Source of the DNA: Acidiferrobacterales bacterium
GTDB lineage: Bacteria > Pseudomonadota > Gammaproteobacteria > Acidiferrobacterales > UBA6901
Direction of reading: 5' to 3'
Assembly: GCA_035256085.1 (NCBI GenBank)
Contig: DATEYP010000055.1
Span: forward strand, 1-48,066
Length of the DNA: 48,066 nucleotides
In this document: piece by piece, positions 46,516-48,066 of the stretch
Layout: each line of letters opens with the position of its first letter
Position numbering within the stretch: position 1 is the first letter of the stretch
The notes under the pieces: model-generated
What the model saw: only the letters and a program-made list of their open reading frames with translations
Told to the model about the DNA's origin: nothing
Database searches by the model: none
Translations under genes and position numbers: made by a program

Positions 46516-47709
46516 GTGCAACGCCCTGCCCTGGAGGTCGCGGATATCTTCCGTGCCCACGGGCCGGCCTTCCGGCACATCGAGCGCGGTCACGTAAGCC
46601 TCGGCCAGCTCAAGGTCATGTCGGCCATTGAGCAGTGTCGTAGCGCCGCGCTCGGCGGGCACGTGCTGCGCTGTTCCGCCTGCGCGCAACCCCAGATCGC
46701 CTACAACTCCTGCCGCAACCGGCACTGCCCCAAATGCCAGGGAGCCGCCGCGCAACGCTGGCTCGAGGCGCGCGAGGCCGATCTGCTGCCCGTGGACTAT
46801 TACCACGTCGTTTTTACCTTGCCCGCCCCGATCAGCGCCATCGCCTACACCAACAAGGAGGTCATCTATAGTATGTTGTTCGAGCTGGCCGCCGAGACAC
46901 TGCGCACCATCGCCGCCGATCCCCGGCACCTGGGCGCGCGCATCGGCCTGACCCTGGTCCTGCACACCTGGGGCTCGGCGCTGACCCACCATCCTCACGT
47001 GCACGGCATCGTCCCCGGCGGTGGCCTCTCGCCCGACGCCGATCGGTGGGTCCCCTGTAAGCCGGGGTTCTTCCTGCCGGTGCGCGTGCTCTCGCGCCTG
47101 TTCCGGCGGCGTTTCCTCGAAGAACTCCAGAACGCCCACCGTCGTGGCGAACTGCGCTTCTTCGGCGAGTACGCCGCTTTGTCCGAGCCCACGGCCTTCG
47201 CCCACTGGCTCGCGCCGCTGCGCGAGGGTGAGTGGGTCGTCTATGCCAAGCGCCCGTTCGCCGGACCCGCGGCGGTGCTCGCCTACCTGTCCCGCTATAC
47301 CCACCGGGTCGCCATCTCCAATAGCCGACTCCTTTCCATGGATCAACGGGGTGTGACCTTCCGCTGGAAAGACTACCGGGACCATGGCCGAACACGCCAC
47401 AAGACCATGACGCTGAGCAGCCCGGAGTTCATGCGCCGGTTTCTGCTGCACGTGCTGCCGAGCGGATTTCATCGTATCCGCCACTATGGGCTGCTCGCCA
47501 ATGCCAGGCGCCAGCACCACCTCGCCACGGTTCGCGAACGGCTGCACCAGCCCGCGCCACCGGTCTTGGTCGACCCCGAGGAGCCCCGCATCGCGAACCG
47601 ATCTGGCCCGCCCACCTTCGTTTGCCGGCACTGCGGGGCACCGATGATCATCATCGAGATCGTCGCGCGCGCCCGGCACATCCGTGCGCCGCCGGGCCCG
47701 CCAGGATGA
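46516..47709 (+). CDS. IS91-family HUH (Y2) rolling-circle transposase
   Basis: GTG 46516 gives VQRPALEVADIFRAHG, the usual IS91 Tnp N-terminus. Zn-finger is CSAC...CRNRHCPKC, HUH motif is THHPHVHGIV, Tyr motif is YLSRYTHRVAISNSRL. The track ORF from 46405 overlaps the integrase. Confidence 0.9.
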   Translation: MQRPALEVADIFRAHGPAFRHIERGHVSLGQLKVMSAIEQCRSAALGGHVLRCSACAQPQIAYNSCRNRHCPKCQGAAAQRWLEAREADLLPVDYYHVVFTLPAPISAIAYTNKEVIYSMLFELAAETLRTIAADPRHLGARIGLTLVLHTWGSALTHHPHVHGIVPGGGLSPDADRWVPCKPGFFLPVRVLSRLFRRRFLEELQNAHRRGELRFFGEYAALSEPTAFAHWLAPLREGEWVVYAKRPFAGPAAVLAYLSRYTHRVAISNSRLLSMDQRGVTFRWKDYRDHGRTRHKTMTLSSPEFMRRFLLHVLPSGFHRIRHYGLLANARRQHHLATVRERLHQPAPPVLVDPEEPRIANRSGPPTFVCRHCGAPMIIIEIVARARHIRAPPGPPG

Positions 47710-47982
47710 CTCACTGCCCGCTCTGCATCACGACACCGTTGGCACGACATCGATCCGTGCCGGCGCGGTCACCTATTGGCCTTTGTCGAGAAAGGCCCGT
47801 ATCGAAAGCGTCGCCACGACAACCGCTAGCCTGTTTGCGTGTCGGGATTGCCCGCATCGCCACCCTTGCCGTTGAGTTGGTCGCCACGATCGTGGCCTCC
47901 CACGGCAATGTGAATGTTCCAATCGCCATAGCACTTCGCTATCACTGAACCGCGTCATCACTCCCCGCGGTTTCCTCCCTTG

Positions 47983-48061
47983 AGGATTGTGCGACACCTG
48001 CCCGTTAGGTTCCGTGGCACTCTGGCAGTCCTGCGCGTGAGGGCAGGTGTCGCACAATCCT
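47983..48061. repeat. Perfect 21-bp inverted repeat (hairpin), candidate IS91 ori/ter structure
   Basis: AGGATTGTGCGACACCTGCCC (47983-48003) and GGGCAGGTGTCGCACAATCCT (48041-48061), separated by a 37-nt loop. Confidence 0.9.
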
Positions 48062-48066
48062 TAACA

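Larger units (their letters stand above)
45630..48066 (+). mobile_element. IS91-family element (integrase + transposase + terminal hairpin); ends not resolved, right end at or beyond window edge
   Basis: Two-gene arrangement plus a 21-bp perfect inverted repeat at 47983-48061, downstream of the transposase. Confidence 0.7.

Overview
GC-rich chromosomal segment from a Calvin-cycle autotroph, probably a beta- or gammaproteobacterial chemolithotroph. It carries two carbon-fixation clusters. The first is tkt-gap-pgk-pyk-fba at 2.4-9.5 kb. The second is a divergent cbbR / cbbL-cbbS-cbbQ-cbbO cluster (form IAq RuBisCO with its CbbQ/CbbO activase) plus a beta-carbonic anhydrase at 35.7-43.3 kb. About 26 kb of accessory DNA lies between them. 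It holds: (i) seven head-to-tail, 4-nt-overlapping paralogues of an orphan PF04392-type periplasmic solute-binding protein, followed by a Cache-domain hybrid histidine kinase, a convergent LuxR-type response regulator and a YeeE/YedE sulfur-compound transporter; (ii) a small decaying islet with a gene fragment and a frameshifted cupin; (iii) a tightly packed set of secreted proteins (PEGA/Ig-like lipoproteins, PD40 beta-propeller, helical-repeat protein) joined to an Opp/Dpp-type peptide ABC importer. Several intergenic gaps in the carbon-fixation operons hold long hairpins built from short tandem units. One hairpin family flanks cbbQ on both sides and, in the cbbQ-cbbO gap, carries a GxxExxY (PD-(D/E)XK-like) gene as cargo. 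The right end is a mobile-DNA hotspot: a truncated class II aldolase, two MITE-like direct repeats bracketing a PsiE-family gene, and an IS91-family element (tyrosine recombinase plus HUH transposase) with a terminal hairpin. No rRNA, tRNA or CRISPR array was seen. All family assignments come from motif recognition by eye and were not checked against any database.
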